DNA of 64,000 nt from Pseudomonadota bacterium (GCA_036336885.1 JAYZFG010000002.1:200-64199), one strand, 5' to 3'. Positions 17,335 through 27,355 are shown, counted from the stretch's first letter. Program-made: numbers and translations. Notes: generated from the sequence alone by a model not told the origin.

Positions 17335-19728
17335 TTAATTTTGCTGGGTTTGCAATCGACGACGGCCTAATTGGCTTGATACAGCCAAACCCAATACCAT
17401 AAGAGCCAACAAATATATCCACTCCTTAGCCGGGCGGCCACGTTGTTCAACGTCTATATCAGTCACATAGTCTTCATAGGGCCTAATGCCAGCTTTTTCA
17501 GCAACACTATTAAAAGCCACATTGGTCACAGGATAACGCCCATTCTTTATTTCCCCAAGCTCTAGCCCGTAGGAATTAAGCCCAGGAGTCCCAGAGGACT
17601 TTAAAAGAAATAATTTAAATCGATCTCCATAGTCAGTTTCACGGACAACATGTATTCTAAAAGTGATCCCATTATCAATCGCCAGCTCTCCTTTCACCGC
17701 TCGTTTTATATCTGCAGATGCAAAGGCGGGGTAAACCCTATCTAGAAGAAAGTCGGGCCTAAACAACCCAACGATTACGATAATTAATAAAGCAGATTCA
17801 AACCATTTAAGACGTGTGAACATCCATTGCTGGGTTAAAGAACTAAAGGACAGAATAGCAAGCAAAGAGACACAAAATATCATTATTCCGTGCCAAATAC
17901 TGGTTACTCCAATCAGGAGTAACTCGGTATTAAAAATAAATACGAATGGTAAAATTGCCGTCCGAATGTCATAAAAAAATGATTGTACGCCTGTCTTCAG
18001 GGGGTCTGCTCTTGAGATGGCCGAGGCCGCAAAAGCAGCCAAACAGACCGGCGGTGTTGAATCAGCCAGAAGTCCAAAATAGAACACGAACAAATGAACT
18101 GCGATCAAAGGTAATACTATACCTGAAGCATTTCCGAGCTCTACCAAGACTCCAGCCAGGAGAGAGGCAACAACAAGGTAGTTCGCGGTTGTAGGGAGCC
18201 CCATACCAAGCACAATGCAAAGAACGGCAGTTAGCAAAAGCAGGATATAAACATTACCTCCCGACAAAGCTTCCACAACACCGACCATGGCATTATTCAG
18301 ACCCGTAGAAGATACAGCACCCACGATAATTCCAGCGGCCGCAACAGCCACTGCAATACCAGTCATATTTTTAGCGCCCGTTATGAGCCCATCCCGAATA
18401 TCTCTAATAGCAACCAGAATACTTTGAAGAACTGGTTGCCCTTGGTAGCGGCCGATAATGACACGTTGGCCTAATATAATTAACATCATAACGACGATTG
18501 AATAGAAGACAGCGCTTCCGGCCGTCCAGCGAGCCACCATCAACAAATAGACTAAGATAATTATGGGCGCTAAAAAATGGAGTCCTTGCTTAAAGGTTGC
18601 CCAAAAAATAGGGACATCTGAATAGTCTAAACCTCTTAAACCAAGCTTTAGTGCTTCCAAGTGAGAAATATAAAGTAGCGCCATATAACTTATAACTGCC
18701 GGTATAAATGCAGCTACAACTACATCAAAATATGGGATCCCAATAGTTTCAGCGATGATAAAGGCGGCAGCCCCCATTATAGGTGGCATAATTTGACCAT
18801 TGGTTGACGCTGCAACCTCTATAGCCCCCGCTTTAACCGCCGGAATTCCGGTTTTTTTCATCACGGGGATAGTAAACGTACCAGTTGTAACAACATTGGC
18901 AATTGAGGAACCCGATATCACCCCGCTCATTCCAGAGGCGAGGATAGCAGCCTTAGCCGGCCCACCACGGTATCTTCCGACCATGGCAAAGGCTAAATCG
19001 AGGAAATACTTACCCGCACCCGCCTTCTCCAGTAAAGAGCCGAAAAGGACGAATAAAAAAACAAAGCTTACAGATACATCTAGTGGTATGCCAAAAATTC
19101 CTTCACCCGTTAACCATTGATAGCCAATCAACCGTTCGATAGAGACACCCTTGTGAGAAATAATCTCAGGCATCGATTGCCCAAAAATTGAAAATACTAG
19201 AAAAGTGAGGCACACAATAACGAGAGGCCAACCAATAGCTCTTCGAGTGGCTTCAAGTAATAATAGGATTCCTGTCCCTCCAATAATAGCTTCAATGGGA
19301 ACTTTGACCCCCCAAATTTCTGGTACTAAAAGGACGCCTACACGGTTAGTAATACCCTCCTGGGCAATCATTGGGTAAAGCGCACAGAAGGCCGCCATGA
19401 ACCCCAATAAAAGATCAAATATCGGAAAATTAGTGGTTTTGGAACGTTTGGTGGCAGGAAAAACGATGAAACAAAGTAGGAGGGCAAACGCTAAATGAAT
19501 GCCTCTGGCAGGAACGTCCACGATAATCCCAAAATTTATTAGGAATGGAAATGGAGATGCGATCCAAAGTTGAAATAAGGACCAAACCAAAGCCAATCCA
19601 GAGATTAACTTGATGGCTAGTGGCCCTGGATTCAACCTACCCGCTTCTACATTACGTAAGATCTCATCGGCATCGACGGCTTCATTTGTTGAGTGATTTA
19701 CTGCCGTGTCCACCATTATGGATGTCAC
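17335..19728 (-). CDS. TAXI-type TRAP transporter fused permease with C-terminal DUF3394-like domain
   Basis: 797-aa polytopic protein immediately downstream of the TAXI binding protein gene. It has a soluble-looking insert near the C-terminus followed by a last TM helix. Confidence 0.88.
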   Translation of the reverse strand: MTSIMVDTAVNHSTNEAVDADEILRNVEAGRLNPGPLAIKLISGLALVWSLFQLWIASPFPFLINFGIIVDVPARGIHLAFALLLCFIVFPATKRSKTTNFPIFDLLLGFMAAFCALYPMIAQEGITNRVGVLLVPEIWGVKVPIEAIIGGTGILLLLEATRRAIGWPLVIVCLTFLVFSIFGQSMPEIISHKGVSIERLIGYQWLTGEGIFGIPLDVSVSFVFLFVLFGSLLEKAGAGKYFLDLAFAMVGRYRGGPAKAAILASGMSGVISGSSIANVVTTGTFTIPVMKKTGIPAVKAGAIEVAASTNGQIMPPIMGAAAFIIAETIGIPYFDVVVAAFIPAVISYMALLYISHLEALKLGLRGLDYSDVPIFWATFKQGLHFLAPIIILVYLLMVARWTAGSAVFYSIVVMMLIILGQRVIIGRYQGQPVLQSILVAIRDIRDGLITGAKNMTGIAVAVAAAGIIVGAVSSTGLNNAMVGVVEALSGGNVYILLLLTAVLCIVLGMGLPTTANYLVVASLLAGVLVELGNASGIVLPLIAVHLFVFYFGLLADSTPPVCLAAFAASAISRADPLKTGVQSFFYDIRTAILPFVFIFNTELLLIGVTSIWHGIMIFCVSLLAILSFSSLTQQWMFTRLKWFESALLIIVIVGLFRPDFLLDRVYPAFASADIKRAVKGELAIDNGITFRIHVVRETDYGDRFKLFLLKSSGTPGLNSYGLELGEIKNGRYPVTNVAFNSVAEKAGIRPYEDYVTDIDVEQRGRPAKEWIYLLALMVLGLAVSSQLGRRRLQTQQN

Positions 19729-19730
19729 CC

Positions 19731-19768
19731 TTTAAAGTAAAACGGCGGGTGCTAGGTGCCCCCGCCGT
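19731..19768 (-). terminator. Intercistronic GC-rich hairpin plus T-rich tract (attenuator/partial terminator) between TAXI binding-protein and permease genes
   Basis: Perfect 8-bp stem ACGGCGGG (19742-19749) / CCCGCCGT (19761-19768) with an 11-nt loop. On the minus strand it is followed by TTTACTTTAAA. Confidence 0.5.
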
Positions 19769-19790
19769 CTTTATCTTTAAAACTGAAGAA

Positions 19791-20783
19791 TTACTTCCAG
19801 CCTTTTTCCTTGTAGTATTTTAGCGCCCCCTTATGCAAAGGAGCGGAGAGACCATCACTGATCATTCGCTTTGGATCAAGATTACGAAAAGCCGGATGCA
19901 GCTTTCGAAAATCATCAAGATTTTCCATAACGGCACGAGTGACTTCGTAAACTGTTTTCTCATCAACATCAGAACTAGTGACAAATGTTGCCATGACACC
20001 AAACGTGGTTACGTTTGAGGTCGTAGTTTTGTAAGTGCCCTTAGGAATAGTTGCCCAGGCATAATATGGACGTTCCTTAACCAGGCCAGCAGCCATTTTA
20101 TTATTGAAATTCACGATTTTTGCACCACATCCATCAGTCGCAACTGATACGCCAGCATTAGGAACGCCAACCGTGTAGATGAATGCATCAATCTTTCCAT
20201 CACAAAGAGCTTTGGATTGCTCGGATGACGTTAATTCGGTGGCAGCTTTGAAAGCACTCTTCTTCCACCCGGCACGTTTCATTAGGAATTCCATGGTTCC
20301 ACGTTGACCCGATCCTGGGTTACCGATGTTAACACGTTTACCCTTCAGGCTGTTCCAACCGGAAATACCTGATTTACCCCCGGCAATGATATGCAACGGT
20401 TCCGGATGAACGGAAAATACTGCCCGAACCTTTTTAAAGGCTTTCCCTTTCCATGGGCCACCACTTCCATTGTACGCATGATGTTGCCAGTCGGACTGGG
20501 CGACACCAAAATCTAACTCTCCGGCTTTTATCTGCCCAATATTATAGTTTGACCCGCCGGTAGATGGAGCAGAACAACGAATACCATGTTTGCGGCCCTT
20601 TTTACGGCCCTCAGCCGCTTCTTTATGAACAAGACGGCAAACTGCATTACCTACTTGGAAATACACACCAGTAGGGCCTCCCGTTCCAATTGAAATAAAT
20701 CGTTTCTTACTAGCAGCATTTGCTGTCACCGTTAGCCCCAGTGCCAAGACACATGCCAAACTTGAAAGAAAAATTCTTTTCAT
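19791..20783 (-). CDS. TAXI-family TRAP transporter solute-binding protein
   Basis: 330 aa with a signal peptide ending TANA, ISIGTGGPTGVYFQVGNAVCRL, and a strong SD GGGAGGGG upstream. Confidence 0.9.
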   Translation of the reverse strand: MKRIFLSSLACVLALGLTVTANAASKKRFISIGTGGPTGVYFQVGNAVCRLVHKEAAEGRKKGRKHGIRCSAPSTGGSNYNIGQIKAGELDFGVAQSDWQHHAYNGSGGPWKGKAFKKVRAVFSVHPEPLHIIAGGKSGISGWNSLKGKRVNIGNPGSGQRGTMEFLMKRAGWKKSAFKAATELTSSEQSKALCDGKIDAFIYTVGVPNAGVSVATDGCGAKIVNFNNKMAAGLVKERPYYAWATIPKGTYKTTTSNVTTFGVMATFVTSSDVDEKTVYEVTRAVMENLDDFRKLHPAFRNLDPKRMISDGLSAPLHKGALKYYKEKGWK

Positions 20784-21034
20784 GAGTTACCCCTCCCTAA
20801 AAAATTATTTGTCCAAATGTTATGGCTGCCGTTTTCGCTTTTATCGGCCAAAATGCTAGCAGCCTTAATGGACAACCAGTCAACTAACACACCAACCATG
20901 CCTTCAGCATGGGCAATGAGTCAATCGGCTATTAAGATAATTCTAAAAGGTTTCATATGAGTTTAAAAAAACAATATAAAGTCTAAAAATGCTTAAGTTT
21001 TAGAAGGTCCAGTTAACCCGTTAAATCTTTTCCA

Positions 21035-22633
21035 TTAACCGCGACCCTGGGGCGGTTGCGCTGCAAATTCTGAACCAACGAGGCAAAACTTCCCTACCTT
21101 GTCCTGCCATAGTTCTTCAGCTTCATGGATAGTTCCAAGAGCGCGCGCCACCGCTTGAAAACCATCATTAGAAAAAAGCTCAGCGATTTCAGCAAAGTAT
21201 AATGGTCTTTCAGAAATAGCCTCCCTAATTTTTTGTGCAAGCCTACTTACCTCATCATCGGAAACCTCTGGCGCGGGGTCTTTCGCCGTTCCTTCTCCAA
21301 GCATGTCCTCTAATTTCACTTTATCAGCATAAGCATACGTTATCCGCTCAAACCGCTCACGTGGCAGATCATCACTAATTGTCGCGTCAATTCCCATCTT
21401 CGCGGTTGTGGGGATTTTGCCCGGAACAATTGTCAAGCTTGGGTCTAGTGGCTTCGATCGAGCTCCTGAAATTATTGTTACGTCTTTGTCGGCCTGAACA
21501 CGTGTCGCAATGGCCCATTCAACATCCATACCATCGAAAACATCGATATCTTCATCAACCACAACGACATGTTTCATATCTGCAACCGACAAAGCAGCAA
21601 GAATAGCGTTTTTTCCATCCCCGGGTAGGGGCTTTACCGCAATTACGGCATGCCAATGACAACACCCACCCGGAGTTATATTTACGGCTGTCACTGTAAC
21701 ACCCGCCTCGTGCAATGCTCTTCGAACTGCAGCCTCGTATATGGGCCCGCTCGGCCAAATATTTTCCCACGGCATATGTAAAGCGTAATACAACGGGTTT
21801 TTACGCATAGAAATCGCTTTAATCCTAACGTGCGGGTTCCAATGTAAGCCTCCCATAAGGCGAGTAAACTCTCCAAAGCGGCCTTCCGGTTTAGTCCAAC
21901 CAGTAGGAAGTAATTCCGCTTCAAGAACAATTTCTGCGTCCGCTATACAAGGAGTTTTTACTGTTTTACAGGGTGTCAACTCTACAGCCTCACCCAGCAT
22001 ACCGCCCGCCATAGCAATTTCATCGACACCAGCGGCGGCTTTGAAACAACCGGTAATAAGTGCTGATGGGTGAGTTCCAATATTAACAGAAATTGGCAAT
22101 GCCTCTCCTTTTGCAAATGCTTTTTCAGCTAATTTGCGCAGATTATTGGGCGTTACAACATCGATACCAGTGGTGTTTCTATCTTTCACTAAAAGCCGAT
22201 AAATTCCGGCATTTAGACCAAGTTCGGGATCCTCAGCTAACGTAATCCCCGCTGTCATCATAGGGCCACCATCGCGCACTGAGAAAAGCGGTACAGGTAA
22301 GTTGTAGAGATCAACATTCTCACCTTCTAGCAGGATCTCTCGGGCTGGCCCGGAATTAACCATTCGTGGTGGAATTGGCCTGTCAATTCCCGCGCGAAGG
22401 CGACCTTCAATTTCATTAAAATCACAGTCCATCGCTATTGCTAAACGGTCTCGACTATTAGTGAGTCCGGAGACAACGGGGATGTCATACCCAATAACAT
22501 TACTGAAAATCAGTGCTGTCTCGGATTGGTCTACAAGCGCCGCGATATGACGGATATCGGTAGGTTTAGTGATTTCACGGATTTGACCCGCAGAGCGAAG
22601 GTCGTCGACAAACTGTCTAAAACTAGTGGACAT
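21035..22633 (-). CDS. UbiD-family (prFMN-dependent) decarboxylase, divergent, with extended C-terminus
   Basis: 532 aa. The UbiD-like core includes GIYRLLV and EGRFGEFTRLMGG (E. coli UbiD, from memory: EGPYGDHTGYY). About 85 extra acidic/helical residues follow the core. Confidence 0.8.
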   Translation of the reverse strand: MSTSFRQFVDDLRSAGQIREITKPTDIRHIAALVDQSETALIFSNVIGYDIPVVSGLTNSRDRLAIAMDCDFNEIEGRLRAGIDRPIPPRMVNSGPAREILLEGENVDLYNLPVPLFSVRDGGPMMTAGITLAEDPELGLNAGIYRLLVKDRNTTGIDVVTPNNLRKLAEKAFAKGEALPISVNIGTHPSALITGCFKAAAGVDEIAMAGGMLGEAVELTPCKTVKTPCIADAEIVLEAELLPTGWTKPEGRFGEFTRLMGGLHWNPHVRIKAISMRKNPLYYALHMPWENIWPSGPIYEAAVRRALHEAGVTVTAVNITPGGCCHWHAVIAVKPLPGDGKNAILAALSVADMKHVVVVDEDIDVFDGMDVEWAIATRVQADKDVTIISGARSKPLDPSLTIVPGKIPTTAKMGIDATISDDLPRERFERITYAYADKVKLEDMLGEGTAKDPAPEVSDDEVSRLAQKIREAISERPLYFAEIAELFSNDGFQAVARALGTIHEAEELWQDKVGKFCLVGSEFAAQPPQGRG

Positions 22634-22724
22634 TAAACGCTTCCTGATAGGTTGAGATAACTTATCAAAAATCTATCACTGGCATTCAAGCCAAACAACC
22701 ATAAGGGATATAAGTAAAATTAGA

Positions 22725-24422
22725 TCAGTTAGCCTTGATCGCATCAGCAATTTTTTCAGCACACATAATGGTGGGAATATTTGTGTTGGCTCGTGGTACA
22801 CAAGGAAATATAGAAGCATCACATACGCGCAAACTTTGGACGCCATAAACGCAGCCCTGATTGTCAGTAACCGACATTGGGTCATCGCCCGCCCCCATCC
22901 TGCATGTTCCAGAGGGGTGCCAGCATCCCGTCACACCATCACGAAGCCATTCCTCCATTGCTTCCTCATCGTTAAGTACAGATTTTAGGGTAACACCCTG
23001 CGTAATGAAGCCGTGTATTGCGGCCCGCCGAAGTGGGCCGGGTGCATCCATGAACGCCCCTAAGATAGAAGTTAAAATCTTATTTTTGGTATTTACCACA
23101 CCAATTCGGCGGACGCGCTCTGAATAACTTGACGGAAACGGATCTTTTGCAACAACTGATAGTGCAGGATCATCAAAGAGGCTTGCCATTCGACGAACAG
23201 CATCAACCATACGGTCAAAATCTCGACGATCTGATAATAAATCAAATGAGACGTCGGGTTCATCGGTATAGTTTGCAGAGTTCAAACCTACCCTACCTCG
23301 AGAATAGGGTTTGTTGCACCATAACAGAAATGAGCCCAGTCTTGCTCCAACTGGGTGCCAAGCAGATTTTGCTGTCGCTGAAACGTACATATCATTGGCA
23401 CCGCATCCCTCCAAATTCGAACTATATCGAAAGGCTACATGGGCGTGGCGCTTACCAATTTCATTAAGCCGAGCATCTGAGCGCAAATAAGAGGAAACCG
23501 CGATAGTTGGGTGTTCATTAAGGTTTGCCCCAACACCCGCACGGTCGGCAACAACAACAATTCCATGGTCACTTAAATGCCTTTCTCGCCCGACCCCTGA
23601 TCGCATTAATATTGCAGGAGTATGAAGCGCTCCTGCCGAAATTATGACTTCATTTCCGAGGATAACCTCGGAATTTCCATTCTGACAAATACGCACCCCT
23701 TTTGCTTTCGTTCCATCAAAGATTATTTTCTCAACATGCGTTTCTGACCGAATTTCTAAATTGGGACGACTTCGAACTTCTGGATTAAGGTACCCCATCG
23801 CGGCAGATAGACGGTAATCGTCAGGATGGTTGGAAATGGTGCACGGAAACCAACCGTCTACATACGAGCCATTTTGGTCCTCCAAACGCATTAGCCCTGC
23901 ATTTTCAAGAGCCTTTGTCACAGCATTTGAAAATCCACACCATTCACTTTCTTTTACTCGACGAATTATAATAGGACCATCATTGCCATGTAATTTACCG
24001 TGAAAATCCTGATCAGACTCCAGCTTTTTAAAATAGGGTAGCACGTCATTCCAAGCCCAACCGTCAGCGCCTAATTCTTTCCATTCATCGTAATCTTCTG
24101 GTGAGCCGCGATTGGCCATTTGCGCATTAATACTAGAACCACCGCCAATAACACGTGCCTGCTCCATAAACCTCAAAGGGGCACTACCCGATCGATTTGA
24201 AAGATTTGCCACATGACGGATCTTTAATTGTCTCCAGTGATATTCTGGGTTAAAGGCCGCGGCCATTGGATAAGACGAGCGAATATCATCCGGTTCCTTC
24301 CCAGGCAGAAAATCTTTACCGGCTTCAATCAAAAGGACTTTGTAGTTTTGGTTTTCAGTCAACCGGCTAGCTAAAACACATCCAGCTGAGCCGCCCCCAG
24401 CAATGATAAAATCAATTTCCAT
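22725..24422 (-). CDS. GMC-family FAD oxidoreductase
   Basis: MEIDFIIAGGGSAGCVLASRL, CWHPSGTCRMG and NTNIPTIMCAEKIAD. 565 aa. Confidence 0.9.
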   Translation of the reverse strand: MEIDFIIAGGGSAGCVLASRLTENQNYKVLLIEAGKDFLPGKEPDDIRSSYPMAAAFNPEYHWRQLKIRHVANLSNRSGSAPLRFMEQARVIGGGSSINAQMANRGSPEDYDEWKELGADGWAWNDVLPYFKKLESDQDFHGKLHGNDGPIIIRRVKESEWCGFSNAVTKALENAGLMRLEDQNGSYVDGWFPCTISNHPDDYRLSAAMGYLNPEVRSRPNLEIRSETHVEKIIFDGTKAKGVRICQNGNSEVILGNEVIISAGALHTPAILMRSGVGRERHLSDHGIVVVADRAGVGANLNEHPTIAVSSYLRSDARLNEIGKRHAHVAFRYSSNLEGCGANDMYVSATAKSAWHPVGARLGSFLLWCNKPYSRGRVGLNSANYTDEPDVSFDLLSDRRDFDRMVDAVRRMASLFDDPALSVVAKDPFPSSYSERVRRIGVVNTKNKILTSILGAFMDAPGPLRRAAIHGFITQGVTLKSVLNDEEAMEEWLRDGVTGCWHPSGTCRMGAGDDPMSVTDNQGCVYGVQSLRVCDASIFPCVPRANTNIPTIMCAEKIADAIKAN

Positions 24423-24455
24423 ATTAAGGTCCTAAATTACTTCAAACGTCATCAA

Positions 24456-24830
24456 TCAAGTCCCTGATTTAGTCGACCGACTAGGCCTTGTTAAGATAAA
24501 AATTGCAGGGGGCAAAAGACAAACAACAACAATCACTGGTAACCACCAATTATCTGCAACAAATAGTATTATTATAAGGAGACTGGCCGTCATCGTCGTT
24601 ATAGCGAGTATTTTTGTCTTAACCGAAATAACACCCTCCTGATGCCATTCACGAAGTGGAGGACCAAATCGTGGATGGTTGTAAAGCCAGTCATGAAATC
24701 TCCTTGAAGATTTTGAAAACGCCCATAAAGCAATAAGGAGAAATGGGGTAGTCGGCAAACCAGGGATGAACACTCCAACTAGCCCTAACCCAGCAAAGAC
24801 CCAACCCACCAATAAAAGAAATATACGCAT
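24456..24830 (-). CDS. YbaN-family (DUF454) inner membrane protein
   Basis: 124 aa with GLPTTPFLLIALWAFSKSSRRFHDWL and a hydrophobic C-terminal half. Confidence 0.7.
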   Translation of the reverse strand: MRIFLLLVGWVFAGLGLVGVFIPGLPTTPFLLIALWAFSKSSRRFHDWLYNHPRFGPPLREWHQEGVISVKTKILAITTMTASLLIIILFVADNWWLPVIVVVCLLPPAIFILTRPSRSTKSGT

Positions 24831-24917
24831 AAAGCGCCCTCGGACACGATCACCCTTACCAAGCCAATAAATTATTAAACACTAATTGTATTAGGTATAA
24901 AATACGTCTGAAGGATT

Positions 24918-26153
24918 TTACATACTGTTTGGCCTTTGCCTCTGCCCTTGCCCTGGTACCAGAACAATCAACATTGCCAATAACGCAAACCCAGCAGCAA
25001 CAAAGAATACGCCGTTACCTAGCCCTTGGTCCATCAGCCACCCATATAAAATTGGCGTGCCACCCTGTCCAAGAGTATATCCTAAAGTGACAAACCCAAA
25101 TGCGGTTCCAATACTACGCGATGGCGAAGCCCTACGAACCAATACATCCCGAGACGCGTTGTAAAGCCCTCTCATCAACCCTGCGATTGTTGCTACTACA
25201 AAAACCAGCCACAATGTCAAAAATCCACTACCCATCAAAACGACGCAAACTGCCATGATGGCAAAACAAGCAACCACGACGACATATTCCATTCTTACCC
25301 AATCAGCTAGCCACCCTCCAGGCAATGATCCAGCAATAGCCGCCACAAGAAAACAAGTTAGGACAGCGCCGGCAATTTCTGGTGAGATATTATTATAAAC
25401 GATCGGCAGCGCCGGAATTGAAAAGGCTGTAAGGCCAGTTCCAGCCGCAGAGGTTACAACATAAAAACAAAAGAATAAAATCATTGGCCTTGTCAGCATT
25501 ATACGCCAGTCGGCTTTTTTGGATGACTTCTCAAAAGCATGGGACATCTCTTCTTCTTGAACATAAATTTTCTGAAATATTGACCCGAAGATTAAAACAA
25601 GCAGACCCATCGTTACCCCGAGTGCACCAGCGAGAACTAAAGCAACTTGCCAACCAAAAATGCTTCCCAGCGGTACCATAACCACTGGCGCTGCAGCGTA
25701 GCCAATTGAGCCACCAAAGGTATGAAACGCGAATGCACGCCCTTGGTGGCTGTCTCGAACGTTAGTTGATAAAATGGAAAAATCTGCTGGATGAAAAACC
25801 GCGTTACCCATTCCCGCGATAAAAAACGAAATCAAAAGGACTATATAATTGGGGACCATTCCAGCCAGAACCAATGCAATTCCCATTAATATTAAACCTC
25901 CGATAAGAACTACGCGTGCGCCAATTCGATCGACCATTAGACCGATGGGAACTTGCACGATAGCCGTCGCAACAAAATACAAGGTCATGGCTATACCAAG
26001 CTCGGTATAACTGACCCCTAATTCCGGTCGGATAAAAATAAAAAGGGGAGGCAAAACAAGGTGATAAAAATGGCTGACAAGATGTGCGCTACTAATCAAG
26101 CCTATTACCGCATGTTCACGAGGTTCTAAAGTGGTTTTGACGCCTGGTGTCAC
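24918..26153 (-). CDS. MFS transporter (paralogue A)
   Basis: 411-aa 12-TM-type protein with motif GMGNAVFHPADFSIL. Its GTG start overlaps the stop of the upstream MFS gene (GTGA). Confidence 0.85.
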   Translation of the reverse strand: MTPGVKTTLEPREHAVIGLISSAHLVSHFYHLVLPPLFIFIRPELGVSYTELGIAMTLYFVATAIVQVPIGLMVDRIGARVVLIGGLILMGIALVLAGMVPNYIVLLISFFIAGMGNAVFHPADFSILSTNVRDSHQGRAFAFHTFGGSIGYAAAPVVMVPLGSIFGWQVALVLAGALGVTMGLLVLIFGSIFQKIYVQEEEMSHAFEKSSKKADWRIMLTRPMILFFCFYVVTSAAGTGLTAFSIPALPIVYNNISPEIAGAVLTCFLVAAIAGSLPGGWLADWVRMEYVVVVACFAIMAVCVVLMGSGFLTLWLVFVVATIAGLMRGLYNASRDVLVRRASPSRSIGTAFGFVTLGYTLGQGGTPILYGWLMDQGLGNGVFFVAAGFALLAMLIVLVPGQGQRQRPNSM

Positions 26154-27355
26154 ACAGAATCCCTTTCACGAGTGCCGCCATTTAGCAGCACCGTTGAAGC
26201 ACCAATGACAGTGAAGATGGCGGATGCAAAAAAAATCATATTGGGCTCAAATTTATCAAAAATATAACCATAGACCATACCGCCAACTGCCTGTCCCACC
26301 GTAAATCCTGTGCTCACGAAAGCAAAGACCGTGCCCACCGGCAAATTCTTAATAACATTTCTAACCGCGACATCGCGTGTAGCGTTTACTCCGCCGCGCA
26401 TAGCACCCGCCAGAAAAAGCGTAAGTATCACCATCCAAAATGGTAATACACCCGTACCAACGAGAAATGTCGCTGAAGCAGCAACCCCAAACCCTGCTAA
26501 CATCACAAAATCAAATCTTTTTATTTTATCAGCCAACATTCCGCCGGGTAGAATAAGCACAAGGGTACCAATCTGATAGGCTGTGAGGGCACCCACCACA
26601 GCTAACGCCTGCAGCCCGTAAAGGGGTTGCAGGGCTAAAACCGTAAATTGTGTTACTCCATAATTGCCGAGCGAGGAAAAGACATAGAATACAAAAAATA
26701 ACATCACCGGTTTAGACATCAACAAACTGCGTAAACTATCGCTAATTGCCTTTTTTTTCTTAATGTTGCTACCTTCGGTAATACAGCCACTAAATACGAA
26801 TATTAAAAGAGAAATGGAAACACCCAGTAGACCTAGAATTATCATTACACTGCGCCAGTCACCTATATACAAAAGCAAACCTGCCAGAGGCGCACCAATA
26901 ATAAATCCGATTTGTCCCGAAAAATTGTGGATTGAGAATGCGCGTCCAATACGATTTTTATCAACAGAAGCATCAAGTAGAGAGTAATCTGCCGGATGAA
27001 AAACTGAATTCCCGATGCCCGCTATTGACATCAGAACGATGAGCATCCAGTAAGATGAAGTCAAAAATCCAATGACAAATATTGCCGAAGCGTTCAATAA
27101 CAGTCCAAAGATTAATACCCTTCGCCCACCTATACGTTCAACGACCAACCCCATGGGCGTCTGAAAAACGCCTGTCATTATGGAGTACATCCCGAGGGAA
27201 AGTCCCCATTCGAAAGCGCTAATACCAAACGCTTCCATCATGGCAGGCGCCAGGGGAGCAAATGCTATCCAATATAAGTGGCTCAACATATGAGCAAACC
27301 CAATTAGACTTATGGCTTGCACTTCTCGTTTGGGAAAGCCTGCTACAGCTTCCAT
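26150..27355 (-). CDS. MFS transporter (paralogue B)
   Basis: 401 aa with motif GIGNSVFHPADYSLL. Same family as 24918-26153 and 31502-32719. Confidence 0.85.
   Translation of the reverse strand: MEAVAGFPKREVQAISLIGFAHMLSHLYWIAFAPLAPAMMEAFGISAFEWGLSLGMYSIMTGVFQTPMGLVVERIGGRRVLIFGLLLNASAIFVIGFLTSSYWMLIVLMSIAGIGNSVFHPADYSLLDASVDKNRIGRAFSIHNFSGQIGFIIGAPLAGLLLYIGDWRSVMIILGLLGVSISLLIFVFSGCITEGSNIKKKKAISDSLRSLLMSKPVMLFFVFYVFSSLGNYGVTQFTVLALQPLYGLQALAVVGALTAYQIGTLVLILPGGMLADKIKRFDFVMLAGFGVAASATFLVGTGVLPFWMVILTLFLAGAMRGGVNATRDVAVRNVIKNLPVGTVFAFVSTGFTVGQAVGGMVYGYIFDKFEPNMIFFASAIFTVIGASTVLLNGGTRERDSV

Noticed and set aside
20780-20899. 39-codon upstream ORF whose TGA overlaps the TAXI binding-protein ATG (ATGA), suggesting a coupled leader peptide
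   Set aside because: Its ATG sits inside a CCATGC/GCATGG hairpin with the only SD-like sequence 1 nt away. The peptide has no recognisable character. The strong SD GGGAGGGG for the real gene explains the region, so the frame is probably fortuitous.
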